In this document: positions 10,723 to 23,706 of the stretch, in pieces | Layout: each line of letters begins with the position of its first letter | Numbering within the stretch: the stretch's first letter is position 1 | From: Octopus bimaculoides | Lineage: Eukaryota | Length of the DNA stretch: 64,000 bases | Direction of reading: 5' to 3' | Assembly (NCBI RefSeq): GCF_001194135.2 | Contig: NC_069001.1 | Span: 27,468,409-27,532,408, forward strand | The notes under the pieces: generated by a model | What the model saw: the letters and a program-made list of their open reading frames with translations, nothing else | What the model was told of the DNA's origin: nothing | Database searches by the model: none | Program-made: the position numbers and the translations under genes

Positions 10723-13700
10723 CACGATGTTTCATTAGCGAATAGCAATTACTTTCTTTGGAAAGGTTATGGTCGACTGAATCGATCAATAATGAAGCCA
10801 TGGGGATGAAATTCAAAATTTGAACTCAATACGTGGAGAATTAAATCTAAATTTCACTAGAGTATTATCATCACCCTTTTCGATTACTGCCACACCACTG
10901 CGTTGTAAATTTAACGTTAATAATTAAAACACAAACACTAAAAACAAGGTAATAACTTGATATTAATAGGTTTTGTTTTATTTTATTTTGTTTTCTATTT
11001 CATTTGATGCTAGTTATTTTGACTTCCTCATCGCACTATCAATTTCACTTGAAAAACATCACCAAAATTGAAAGAATATTAAACACATAAAAACATTAAA
11101 AAATGATAAAACAAAGAATAAAACATTTCTTAATTACATCTTACTCGTGACAAGATGAAAAATAATTGTTATATGAATTATTTATATTGAAGAACTATTT
11201 AAAATGTAATTTCATTTTTTTCTCTCTGTATAATTATTTATTTATTATTCCTTTATTATCTCTTATATCATATTTTAAATATATTTAAGAATATGTATCA
11301 ATCATATCAATCATTTATTTTCCCATTTAAAAAGTGTTATTCTTTATTTATCTGGTTTTATTATTATTTTGTTTTCCACTCGGTTTTTTAAAACCGTTCT
11401 TTTTCTTTTTTTCTTTACATTTGCCACTCTGCTTTGTAAGACAAACTCAAATGCCATCTTGCTTTGAAAATTTTAATTACTTGGTTTTTCCGACACCATC
11501 CTACTACCCTAAATAGAATAACATTGCTTTCAGCGTCAAGGAAAATGAATTTTAAAATGTTGTCTTTCCCCTCACTTGCTATGCCCACCACACACCAAAG
11601 AACATAAGAAGCATCAAAATCAAGTCAGCACTAGAATAAATTAAACAGAAAATAATTACGTGTTCTTTAAAAAAAAAAATCTTTTGATAGATGATTAAAT
11701 GTGAGGAGGGTGTGCAGAGCAATAAAGAGAAGATTGGTGTTAAACTTTCGGAACAGATTTACCAATTAATTCAACGTTTGAGTTCAAACCCAGTTTCACC
11801 AGAGTTGAATCTTTTTTCTTTTAAGTTATGACTTAGTCTATTAGCATTTAAAAACATATACAAACGTGCGGATTTTCTTATACTGTGTAAGATAATACAT
11901 GGTCATAAAGCGAGGTGGATTTGGAATATGCTGGCAGAAGTGACATTTGCAAAATTAATTATTGTTTAAGATAATACAACAGGCTTTTGTTGAAGTTTGG
12001 AGCCTTTTTTGGAAGCTCGTCTCAGCAATTATTTTTTATTGCTATTTCCAACAACAACATCATATTTGGATGTGAAACGACTTGTCTTATAAATAGAAAT
12101 TTTGCCCTCTGTAAGAAATAGGTTTGACCCTGTTAGAAATGACCCAGTATAGTGCAGATTGGCTTTACTATTAATTTTTCTCTTACCCAAGCTGTTGGAC
12201 GTATCGTCTATTGTCCAATTATAGCATCTTTGTGTTTTAAATCGAGTAATAATTGACCGTTTGCAGTTTACACGCTCATCAAAAAGTTAAAATGACAACC
12301 ACACGCACAAGACACATTCAGAGATCCCGCCAATATTCTTTTAGTGGCAAAAAAAAACCAACAACAATACACTTCGGGCAAATCAATACTATTACTTAAT
12401 CGGTGTTTTATTTTCCTCATTCCATCGGGAGGTATGACAAAGTTGACCTCTCTTGGAATTTGATTTCATAGCGTAAAAGAATTTAGGGCTGGATCCAACA
12501 ATGCATTATGCCAGCGCCCTAACGATTCTTACGTCCAAGTGATTAATTAGTGAACATGAACCTAATCTGCCTCTCATTCAAGGAGGGATATCGTTTTAAA
12601 TGCAGGGTAAATATTATACTTCAGTAAAAACATTAAAATAAACAAACGAAAATATAGGATGAACTGTTCATTTGACATGCGTAATCATATATGAAACAAA
12701 TATAAGATTTTCATTTTCTTTTTTATTAAATCATTTATATACGTTTCGCTCTGAATTAAGCGCTATAAAAATTCATGAGTAAATGTCATTTATGAAAAGG
12801 ATTCGTATTCGATAAATGCAATACTGCACTAAAAAATGCAATAATATCTAAATTAACAATTCAAATCACATTGATGGTATGGAAAGTGATACAGAATGAA
12901 GAGAGCGATTTCGTTGGGAAATATGCAGCGGAAAAACAAATTCAAATATCCTTTACATTCTCTAGAAATATGTATTCAGATTATCTTATACGTTTGTTAT
13001 TTGATGAGAATATATGCATCAATAAACATGCATTCAGGACAGTTTCTGTTCTAGAAAATGGACATCATAAAACATACGGAACATAAGTTATGGATTGTAT
13101 ATAACATCAGAGAGGGAGAGAGGTGGTTGGAGAGTAGAGTGAGAAAGAAAGTGAAGGAGAGAGGGAGTGAGAGAGGAAGACAAAGACGGAGAGAGAGAGA
13201 GTTGAGTCAACACATCGATATATTACATTTTCTTATTGTTGCTTCCTTTCTCTTCATTTTCTGATATGGCATGCCGTAAATCTCGATATAAACTACAAAT
13301 TATATCCCTCTAGATTTCAAAAAATGCATAAACATATAATACGCCATACATGCATTCAACTGCCTCTCATACAAATGAAAGTATATTTCCCAAAATTTGA
13401 AGGGTAAAAATTATTTGGATACTCTCATGGATTTAACAATAATTCTTCCTGCTTTAAGACCCGCATATATTTATACTCATTGATTTAGAGTGTAAGTAAC
13501 TGAAATTTAATGCCAAACAATGCAATCATAGATTCGTTCAAAGAAAGTTGATACGAAGCTAAAGCTATGAAAAGCGCCCATTGGTTACATAGGAAACTTA
13601 GGTAGTTCATTGAGAATTCGCTTGCTCAAAAACAACAGCTTCTTGATCTATCAATGACACTTGTGGGACTTTATATATTGGGAAAGTTTGAAATAAGGTA

Positions 13701-14078
13701 CAAACCATAAGTAGTTTATGCATTTTTCCTGGACTAAATAGCCATCCAATGACGATCCTAAATTGAACGAATTTGTTTATTTTTGACATTAGGATATGTA
13801 CTAAGGATACGACCGGGAGTCATAAACGGAAGCTTCCCGCATAAATGCCAGGTAGCAACTGATTTCAGAAACTACGTATACATATGTAATACTATCTAGC
13901 AGCTATTAAATGTTTCAACGGAAGCAGGTGTCAAGTTGGTGAGGCACAGCATACATCTCGTTTCACTCACTGAAGCAATTTCATCTGGTTACCTATTATG
14001 GGTTATATACACACACACACGCACGCACGCACGCACGCACGCACGCACACTTATGTATATGTGTATGTATGTATATGT

Positions 14079-14326
14079 GGAAGCGCGTGGCTTAGTCGTT
14101 AGGGTGTCAGCACCATGATCGTAAGATTGTGGTTTCGATTCCTGGACCGGGCGATGCGTTGTGTTCTCTGAGCAAAACACTTCATTTCCCGTTGCTCCAG
14201 TACACTCAGCTGGCAAAAATGAGTAACGCTGCGATGGACTGGCGTCCCGTCCAGCTGAGGAACACATACGCCATTGAAACCGGGAAACCGGGCCCATGAG
14301 CCTGGCTAGGCTTTAAAATGGCGCAT
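14079..14326 (+). mobile_element. SINE family B, full length
   Basis: tRNA-like head with A box (tggcttagtcg) and B box (ggtttcgattcc). Highly similar to 59990-60236 and 42215-42388. Confidence 0.9.
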
Positions 14327-14989
14327 CTATTTTATATTATATATGTATATGGCACATGTAAGATGGAAGATACGATAATTTTTATTGATCACTGCAATTG
14401 TTACGGCACATCGATCAGCGATGACTCACGGGTCAGATACATAACAACTGGTGTGTATGTATGTATGTATGTATGTATGTATAGCTTCTCTATTTTTTAA
14501 TTATTATAAATCTTCCACAGAGGAGGGAGACGGTTTCCAACAAAGATACAAGGCTTCATCTTTTGGATGTAGTTAACAGACACATTCATAAATTGGGGCC
14601 TGAGAAATATCCTGCATATTTTTACTGTTCTACTCATAGATTGCACTTGTAATATACGAATCATCCGGTGTGTGTGTGTATCTGGGTATTTTGTGTGTGT
14701 GTGGGGGGGGGGTGTATGTGTGCGTGTGTGATCGTATTAAGTGCGATAAGTGAGAGGCGTTTGTGTATTTATATACACAGGTCCCTGTATACTTCATTGT
14801 AAAAGAATGAAGTATACTTCTTTGAAATTAAGGACACGTAGGCATAACGTTTTTTACTGAGTAAGTGTAATCAACGAATTTAAACTCCATATCAGCGATA
14901 AAGCCCGCTTATATTACAGCAGTTTTTTCCTAAAACAAACGTCAGATTTTTTTCCCTTCTTCAGCAAGCTGCAAATTCAGCGATCGAGT

Positions 14990-15227
14990 NNNNNNNNNNN
15001 NNNNNNNNNNNNNNNNNNNNNNNNNNNNNNNNNNNNNNNNNNNNNNNNNNNNNNNNNNNNNNNNNNNNNNNNNNNNNNNNNNNNNNNNNNNNNNNNNNNN
15101 NNNNNNNNNNNNNNNNNNNNNNNNNNNNNNNNNNNNNNNNNNNNNNNNNNNNNNNNNNNNNNNNNNNNNNNNNNNNNNNNNNNNNNNNNNNNNNNNNNNN
15201 NNNNNNNNNNNNNNNNNNNNNNNNNNN
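14990..15227. other. Assembly gap (N)
   Basis: Run of N followed by (TG)n. Confidence 1.
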
Positions 15228-15285
<58 letters not shown>

Positions 15286-16257
15286 GACATGCGTGTATGT
15301 ACACGAGTACGCTTGCATATACGTGAGCATGCAGACATTCACTTGTGCATGTATATGTATGTATATATATTCGTATGTATTCGCAGTAGTGTGTGTTTGT
15401 GTGTGTATGCAGGGGACGGCTTGTGTGTGTGTTGTGCGTGTGTGTGTGTATGTGTGCAGGGGACGGCCTATGACTGTGTGTGTATTTGTGTGTGCTTATA
15501 AATTACCTTGAGATATTTCACCAAAATCTGCTTAGTTTTCACTATTTTTTTCAGAAGCGGGAAAACACATTTTATGGCTGTGTGTATGCGTAACAGAGAA
15601 AGTAGGGGAAACTCAATATTATACGTTAAGGAATTGTGTGATAAGATATCGTACTATTTATAACTTGATTTGTTTTCAACACGTGAAATTGAGTGCACAC
15701 TTCGAAAGGAACTCGGTGGCTCTGTAATACTTTTAAACCCGATGATAAAATATGTAATATTTTTCTTCTGTGCTTAGAAGTATATAAATATGGGTTTCAA
15801 ATCCTAGCCCAGGCCCGGGAGTTACGGGTGTGGGTCTAATTAGAATCCTGTACAAGGCTAAAACTTATTCCATTGTGTCCTGAAAGTTGAAAGGCAAAGT
15901 TCAGCCGGAAGAATTATATAAAGATTATCTAACGTATGTACGCCGATAGCAGGTGAGAAAATGAAACAGAAAACACAATACAAGTTCGATGATTTTCATA
16001 TGGATAGAAATTCATCGAATTTGAAAATATCTTTGGAATAATGTCATTCAAATGATATAGTGTTAATAAGAACGGTAATGTTTGAAATATGGTGTGTTGT
16101 TATTTGTAGACGAACGCTGGGTAATATACTAGAAATAATGGTCTAGAAATAAGATTAGCCTTGTTTCTATGTCATTAGTATAAACACTCCCCCCTACACA
16201 TTTATACGTACAACTATATAACTACATATAGGCAACACAGACACGCAAAGTTATATA

Positions 16258-16288
<31 letters not shown>

Positions 16289-16289
16289 G

Positions 16290-16790
16290 AGAGTATTGTA
16301 GTTCGCTTGAAGCATTGTGCATTGTTTGTAAAGAATAAAAAGTTTTGAATGGTAATCTGGATGTGTGTAGGTTCATTCTTAATAACATGTTTATGTATTG
16401 TTTATAGCAAAAATAAAAAAAAGAGAGAGAGGAAAAAAGGGGGGAAGAGCAGCTGCACGTATAACACATAACTTCGAAGCAGCGCTACAGATGTACCAAC
16501 ACACATGAGATTGAAACATAGCCGACCTCACGCACTTCTCATGAGGAATTCCGGAAAGAGATTCGTAAGACCACTACTGAGACGCTTCCAAAGAAAAGAA
16601 AAGCTGTTGGAAAACAGTTTATAGCAGAGACTCCATCTAAGAATATCTGAAGAAGGAATTGTATTCCGAAATATCATCGGACTATAGATAACTAAATTAC
16701 AACAGGTATATAGTCCATGTTTTGTATTATAGTGCATTGTTGTACCATTCAAAACTTTTATTCTTTACAATATATATCGCTTCAATATAC
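16290..16790. mobile_element. Hammerhead-bearing element with an inverted terminal copy (PLE-like)
   Basis: 16290-16354 matches 5831-5894 in direct orientation and 16619-16770 matches 5868-6019 inverted, so the two ends share an inverted stretch of about 29 bp. Confidence 0.7.
16647..16675 (+). ncRNA. Minimal type I hammerhead ribozyme core (identical to 5963-5991)
   Basis: ctgaaga a ggaat tgt attcc gaa atat c. Confidence 0.6.
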
Positions 16791-16860
16791 CACGACGTCT
16801 AAAAAACTTTTGAACTTTTCCACTTTTGTAAACCTCCTTTATCATCCTTTTTTACCTTAC

Positions 16861-17078
16861 NNNNNNNNNNNNNNNNNNNNNNNNNNNNNNNNNNNNNNNN
16901 NNNNNNNNNNNNNNNNNNNNNNNNNNNNNNNNNNNNNNNNNNNNNNNNNNNNNNNNNNNNNNNNNNNNNNNNNNNNNNNNNNNNNNNNNNNNNNNNNNNN
17001 NNNNNNNNNNNNNNNNNNNNNNNNNNNNNNNNNNNNNNNNNNNNNNNNNNNNNNNNNNNNNNNNNNNNNNNNNNNNNN
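16861..17078. other. Assembly gap (N)
   Basis: Run of N followed by (TA)n. Confidence 1.
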
Positions 17079-17085
17079 ATATATA

Positions 17086-17128
<43 letters not shown>

Positions 17129-17942
17129 GTGTATATATATATATATATATAGTAAATCCCCCCAAAAGATGAAAAAACGGAAAAAAAAACTACAACGTGA
17201 GGACGTGGTACATGTAAAGTATGAGCAGACGACCAGTATGGGATAGCTGGAAGAAGAGCTGACCCTGTATTCGGTTATTTTTGTTTGATAAGGAAAGTAA
17301 CAAAACTCCTAGCACTTGAGTCACTCTCGTTTTCTTTCGATTAGCGACAATGAATACACGCGCACACATAAACGCACGCAAGCACACGCACAAACAAGCA
17401 TACATACACACACACATACCCAAACATATGTATATGTGGTAATACAATATCTTGCATATAAATTTACTCCCATGCTTATGTAGGATTTTATTCTTTTTGA
17501 CATTTTCTTTCGTATATATGCTTGCGCAGTTTTTCGTACTGATGTTTGCTTTTCTTTTCATCATTCATTTTCTTTCCATTATTGATTTTTTTTTCATACT
17601 ATTTAAAGTCAACCTATTCCAGTTCAACATTTACTTATCATTTTCATAAATATTACAAGAAAATGGTGCATACATTCACTTTTCCGATATCATGCTTAGC
17701 ATCATATTCAGCATAAATTATTTAGTACTTTTATCGTGACTTCGTTCTGTTTTACATTTCTGCAGGTTACTGATATGCTATTTCCGAGTATTTTGCTTCT
17801 TTTGTTTTGCCTTCATCATTATTATGTTCTCATATACATATATTTGTTAGAATACTTAAATATCTAGCAAGCATTACGGATTATCCTTTCATAATATATC
17901 ATATAGTATAGATTATCGGGCATTGCCATTTCGTTGTGACGA

Positions 17943-18312
17943 TGGCACTCCGTCGCTTACGACGTCGAGGGTTCCAGTTGATCCGATCAACGGAACAGCC
18001 TGCTCGTGAAATTAACGTGCAAGTGGCTGAGAACTCCACAGACACGTGTACCCTTAACGTAGTTCTCGGGGATATTCAGCGTGACACAGTGTGACAAGGC
18101 TGACCCTTTGAATTACAGGCACAACAGAAACAGGAAGTAAGAGTGAGAGAAAGTTGTGGTGCAAGAGTACAGCAGGGTTCGGCACCATCCCCTGCCGGAT
18201 CCTCGTGGTGTTTTCGTTCTATAAACACTCACAACGCCTGGTCTGGGAATCGAAACTGCGATCCTATGACCTCGAGTCCGCTGCTCCAACCACTGGGCCA
18301 CTGCGCCTCCAC
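17943..18312 (-). mobile_element. SINE family C, full length with TSD
   Basis: Minus-strand tRNA head gtggaggcgcagtggcccagtggtt...gtttcgattccc. 11-bp TSD catttcgttgt at 17927-17937 and 18314-18324. Matches 31825-32291. Confidence 0.9.
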
Positions 18313-19675
18313 TCATTTCGTTGTATATCATCGGTTTCTTCACTTGAATTCTATGAGAAATCCTGTACCAAAATGTGCCCATACTACCGTGTTCCTTGCA
18401 TTAACATAAAGTTCACCGTCTATTCACCCTTATACCGAAATAATCTATCTATTTTTCTCAAATCTACAGTGTTATGTCATAATCCTGTAGTCACTTTACT
18501 GGAGTCATTTGACTGTTTAGCTATGTACAGTGTCAAGCTAACGACGTTAGAGGTCCCCTGTAATATATCGGGTTATATAACATAGATATATTCCATGTTA
18601 TTTCTTATTTAGTTTTTCACTTTATTGACTGACCTGGTGTAAATTATAGTTTAATATTAAAACGTTCTTGTTTCTCGACATCTGTTTTCTAAACATGAGT
18701 ATTCCTATGAATTGTATGCCTTATTTGATATCGTATTTACTCGACAGCCTTCTTGATATTTCCCTTTTTCTTTATAAGTTCTCGATAGTTTACAAGCTTT
18801 TCTGATTGCAACAATTATTCCTTTCTGCTAAAACATAACTGTACTGCAGCTACTGTAACAATTTTAATTCGCAAAACTATTTTTCCATGCAGATAACAGA
18901 ATTTCATGTATAGTTGTTTCGCTAGATATTTTTATCTCGTTTAGAATTAGTTTACATTTCTCTATAGGGAATCACTTTGAGTTAATTATATCCCGCTGCA
19001 TATTTTTATCAGTTTACACTAAATCTTAGTCCGTTATTTTTAGACATCAAATGTACTTGCATACAATTTCTATTTTCAAAATAAGATTTTAATTATGTTT
19101 TTCACAATAATTATCTGTTTATGATTCATTTTCATATTGAATTAATTCGCTAATATGTATTTGTAATTAAATAATAATTCTCATTAATAATTTAATTTCA
19201 TTATAAATATTATCTTCGATCCTTTAAATTACAAAATTTTATTAAAAATATTTAAAATCGAACGACCTTGAACAGCTTAGTGTCCTTCTGAGGATTTTTA
19301 AAGTACCTTCGAAACTATAAATATCGTGTAGTTATAAATCTTAATTCTTAATATAACTATTACACTTATACTATATCTTAAGCGTGATTATTTTAAAAGC
19401 TTCTTAACACTACACATATTCTGTTCCACATACATAGTTAAAATTTTGAACTTCTACACACAAATAAATAGCATACACTTGAAATTTTAGCAAAGATTCT
19501 CTCTTTTACTCTCCTTAGATTAATTTACATATTTAAGAATTTCCTTCTATTTAAACCTCATCTATCACTCTTCTTTCATGTACATAGATACACAGAGTGG
19601 CACGTTTATTCGTGTGTGTGCATATACGTGGATATACATACTGTATATGCATAAATATTAGCAGATAAATATTAT

Positions 19676-20302
19676 NNNNNNNNNNNNNNNNNNNNNNNNN
19701 NNNNNNNNNNNNNNNNNNNNNNNNNNNNNNNNNNNNNNNNNNNNNNNNNNNNNNNNNNNNNNNNNNNNNNNNNNNNNNNNNNNNNNNNNNNNNNNNNNNN
19801 NNNNNNNNNNNNNNNNNNNNNNNNNNNNNNNNNNNNNNNNNNNNNNNNNNNNNNNNNNNNNNNNNNNNNNNNNNNNNNNNNNNNNNNNNNNNNNNNNNNN
19901 NNNNNNNNNNNNNNNNNNNNNNNNNNNNNNNNNNNNNNNNNNNNNNNNNNNNNNNNNNNNNNNNNNNNNNNNNNNNNNNNNNNNNNNNNNNNNNNNNNNN
20001 NNNNNNNNNNNNNNNNNNNNNNNNNNNNNNNNNNNNNNNNNNNNNNNNNNNNNNNNNNNNNNNNNNNNNNNNNNNNNNNNNNNNNNNNNNNNNNNNNNNN
20101 NNNNNNNNNNNNNNNNNNNNNNNNNNNNNNNNNNNNNNNNNNNNNNNNNNNNNNNNNNNNNNNNNNNNNNNNNNNNNNNNNNNNNNNNNNNNNNNNNNNN
20201 NNNNNNNNNNNNNNNNNNNNNNNNNNNNNNNNNNNNNNNNNNNNNNNNNNNNNNNNNNNNNNNNNNNNNNNNNNNNNNNNNNNNNNNNNNNNNNNNNNNN
20301 NN
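19676..20302. other. Assembly gap (N)
   Basis: Run of N followed by (TA)n. Confidence 1.
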
Positions 20303-20448
20303 ATATATATATATATATATATAATCAAACAATGGGGTAAAAAATTGGATATTAATTAATATCAATTTAATACCAGGTAACTAGCACATTAAAAGAATCA
20401 GGGAGATTCAGAAAAAAATATCTGAGGTCTCAAGGATTATTGCATATG

Positions 20449-20546
20449 TTTATATAAAGATATATACGAGTATATACACAGGAGGCCAGTACAGGAGTCC
20501 ACCTACTGGCCTCGTGTGTATATACTCGTATATATCTTTATATAAA
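20449..20546. repeat. Near-perfect inverted repeat (43-bp arms, 12-nt loop)
   Basis: tttatataaagatatatacgagtatatacacaggaggccagta / caggagtccacc / tactggcctcgtgtgtatatactcgtatatatctttatataaa; 1 mismatch. Confidence 0.95.
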
Positions 20547-20651
20547 TATATATATATAATATATATATTTCAATTTACGATGAAAGTAAACAAACAATGT
20601 TTGTTTTTTAGAAGCGTTGAGATGTATTGAGAGATACGAATTTTTTTTCTC

Positions 20652-20756
20652 AAACACGTGATAATGCTAATGCCATGGTTGGCCGGTGACGTATTTTTCT
20701 GCAATGTATGGATAATTTATCCTGATCACGCTATTTATTAGCATTATCACGCGTTT
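20652..20756. repeat. 20-bp inverted repeat pair (MITE-like)
   Basis: aaacacgtgataatgctaat ... attagcattatcacgcgttt; 1 mismatch, 65-bp spacer. Confidence 0.8.
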
Positions 20757-21187
20757 AAGAATAAATATATATATATATATATATATTTATTCCATCTCAG
20801 CAGATTGTGAGTGGAGAGGGGGTGGTGAGAGTACAATCGCAGGTGGCCTGGTGAAAGAATCTCTACTCTCACGTGCTCCACTTGCAGATGTCATTCCCTC
20901 TTTGCAATAATCTTAGCCACGAAAATTTATTTCGTTTCACCCGCAACAGTTGGTCGTCTGCTTCTTTGAAATATTTAAAATACATTTTCTGCAACGAGAG
21001 TCTTTATAAGATGACGTGCATTGAAAGCCTCTGCTACCTATCCAGATGACCATTGCTAGCATTTACTGAGTAGTAGTTATTCAATGTTCTTTTTTAAATT
21101 AAGATTGATACGCAACCTGCAGAGGAAAAGAAAAGTTACATAAAATTTATATCTAATGTATTCAGACTTTATGTCTAATTACGTGTG

Positions 21188-21410
21188 TAAATGGTCTGAT
21201 CAATAAGTATCCGGACTGTTGCCATAGTAACGAAGCTAAAGCACACATAGTGAAACCGTTTGTCAGAGATTGACCTTGAACTATGCTGTACATACACACT
21301 AAGTTTTAACCCCGCTCACTTCCACTGTTTACAGCAATGTTTGAAAGGAATGTGTGTAGCGTGCGACTGTCGCACTGAGCATGACAGAAAGTTGTGCAAA
21401 GAATCTGGAG
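21188..21410 (+). mobile_element. Mariner 5' end fragment (same subfamily as 2802)
   Basis: tgatcaataagtatccggactgttgccatagtaacgaagctaaagcacac...attgaccttga aligns with 2811-2900. Confidence 0.8.
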
Positions 21411-21759
21411 ATACCTGCTCAGATGCCAATGCAAAGTTTTCAGAAAGATATCGTCCTTCCTGACATAATCGAAACTGATAGAAAAAATTCCCTATTTTTC
21501 CTACCCTATATAAATTTTCTTAATATGATATCTATTTATTTGGGTTCGCTATTTAGTTACAATTCTATATAATACAAAGCAGCATATCGTCGCATATCAA
21601 TTTTTTCTACAATCCTCGTCACGAGAAGACAAAACTGAGTAAAATGTACAATGCCTCAACTCGGTATAATATAACCTACATGTTAAGAATACATTTAATG
21701 CAATTAGCACTGCGCGTGCGTATGTGTGTGCGTTTTTGTGCGAGCAAGTATCCGTATGT

Positions 21760-21992
21760 TAAAGCGGCGAGCTGGCAGAAATGTTTGCGCGGCGGCTGAA
21801 ATGCTTAGCGGTATTTCGTCTGCCGTTACGTTCTGAGTTCAAATTCCGCCGTGGTCGACTTTGCCTTTCATCCTTTCGGAGTCGATAAATTAAGTACCAG
21901 TTACGCACTGGGATCGATGTAATCAACTTAACCCCTTTGTCTGTCCTTGTTTGTCCCCCCTATGTTTAGCTCGTTGTAGGCAACAAACAAAT
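21760..21992 (+). mobile_element. SINE family A, full length with 14-bp TSD
   Basis: TSD aagtatccgtatgt at 21746-21759 and 21993-22006; B box gagttcaaattcc. Confidence 0.95.
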
Positions 21993-22582
21993 AAGTATCC
22001 GTATGTATGCGCGTCTATATATGTTACCGTGTTCCTGCTCGTTTTCGTATTTATTTGTGGGTTCATAAAAGTTATATCTGTTGGCTGATATATAAGAGTA
22101 GTTATAAAGCTCTGGTTTCTAACAAGAGTGAAAGCTACATCACATTAATTTGGATTGCAAAGAAAGTGTTGCATTTTGCAATGTCTTGTATGTATTTACT
22201 GCTTAGCTTACGCAATGTATAAGCAAAGTATCCCATAATTGGGATCGTTCTTTATCAGAATATACTAACTTATCGAAAACTACAAAGTGTATCAATATTA
22301 GCAAGTATATCAATTGTTGCTGATATAATGGGAAATTATATACATCAGTAAATGACTTTGTTTCGAAGCATTTGCACAAAAATATTCCTCGTCTCGATCA
22401 TTTTTATATATAAATATTGTTTCCTTTATTTTTCTGAATGTATCTCGTGGATTCGAATCCAAGGGTTAAAACTGGTTCCTTCTAAAAACGGACCTTTCGC
22501 GTTGAGCCTTAATCACTACGCATTATTACTTTTATGCTCTGACTCATAAAATTTTGCTTCTTTACCCAGTTTTTGTTGATAC

Positions 22583-22690
22583 AATAAGTACCAGGCTTTA
22601 AGAAAGTTCTGGGGTCAATTCATTCGACTAAATTTTTTTCAAGTACTTGGCCCAGTATGGCGCTGTCTACTGACTGAAACAACTAAAAAG
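22583..22690 (+). mobile_element. SINE family D, 3' fragment, decayed
   Basis: aataagtaccaggcttt...ctggggtcaattcattcgactaaa...tgactgaaacaactaaaa. Confidence 0.7.
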
Positions 22691-22944
22691 AAAGATTATA
22701 TACATGTATGCATATATGCGCATATTTAGGGTTACTAGAGCAAAGGATACAATGATTGATTGCGATAAAGGTGTATACTTTATTATTATTCATCAGACGC
22801 AAAATTACAAAAGTTTTTCAGGAACAGCTTGTTTCACGTATTACCTTTGCTGCACTCATAAGTACTATGCACAAAACGTTCAGATCTTGTGTTTCTTTTG
22901 TAACTTTCTGCATTTTAAAAATAACAGAAGTACCTGCAAGCTCA

Positions 22945-22952
22945 CACACGCA

Positions 22953-22985
<33 letters not shown>

Positions 22986-23136
22986 CACACACACACAACA
23001 CACACGCACACACACGCACGCACACNNNNNNNNNNNNNNNNNNNNNNNNNNNNNNNNNNNNNNNNNNNNNNNNNNNNNNNNNNNNNNNNNNNNNNNNNNN
23101 NNNNNNNNNNNNNNNNNNNNNNNNNNNNNNNNNNNN

Positions 23137-23182
<46 letters not shown>
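22945..23182. repeat. (CA)n microsatellite spanning an assembly gap (N 23026-23136)
   Basis: Direct reading. Confidence 0.95.
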
Positions 23183-23186
<4 letters not shown>

Positions 23187-23706
23187 CTCCACTTCTTGCT
23201 TTCACACACACATACAAGCAGATATACTTAGAAGCATTAACAAGTTTTCATTTCATAAATGTATTAACATATTTTTTTTTTTTTGATTCTTAGGTAGTTT
23301 TAATTGACATTCAAATATAATTCTTGATAATGTTTAATCTTTTCTTTTCGAACACTGCATATATCTTAACTCAAAGTCGCATTTCATTTCCTTTAAATTG
23401 AATTCCAATTTCTTTCCATTTAAATGCCGTTAAGTTATAATTATTCATTATTAGCGAAGTAATTTACTTAAAAACTTAATGCCTATTTGTTTTCCTTTTC
23501 TATTCAAAGATTCATAAAAGTTATGATTCAATCGAATTTTCACATCTTTATTTAAAATTGTAATGTTTGCAAGCAAAGAAATTATTAGCGCTTTCAATAT
23601 ACCCCGGAACGTCAGTTTTAGATATACTGTATCTCATAATATATTATGAAATGCCTTGTTCGTTAACTGCAGTTTAACCCTCTTTGAACAGATGCATAAT
23701 TGAAGG

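Noticed and set aside
15409-15467. gcaggggacggc repeated twice inside (TG)n
   Set aside because: Most simply explained by slippage duplication of an interrupted microsatellite.
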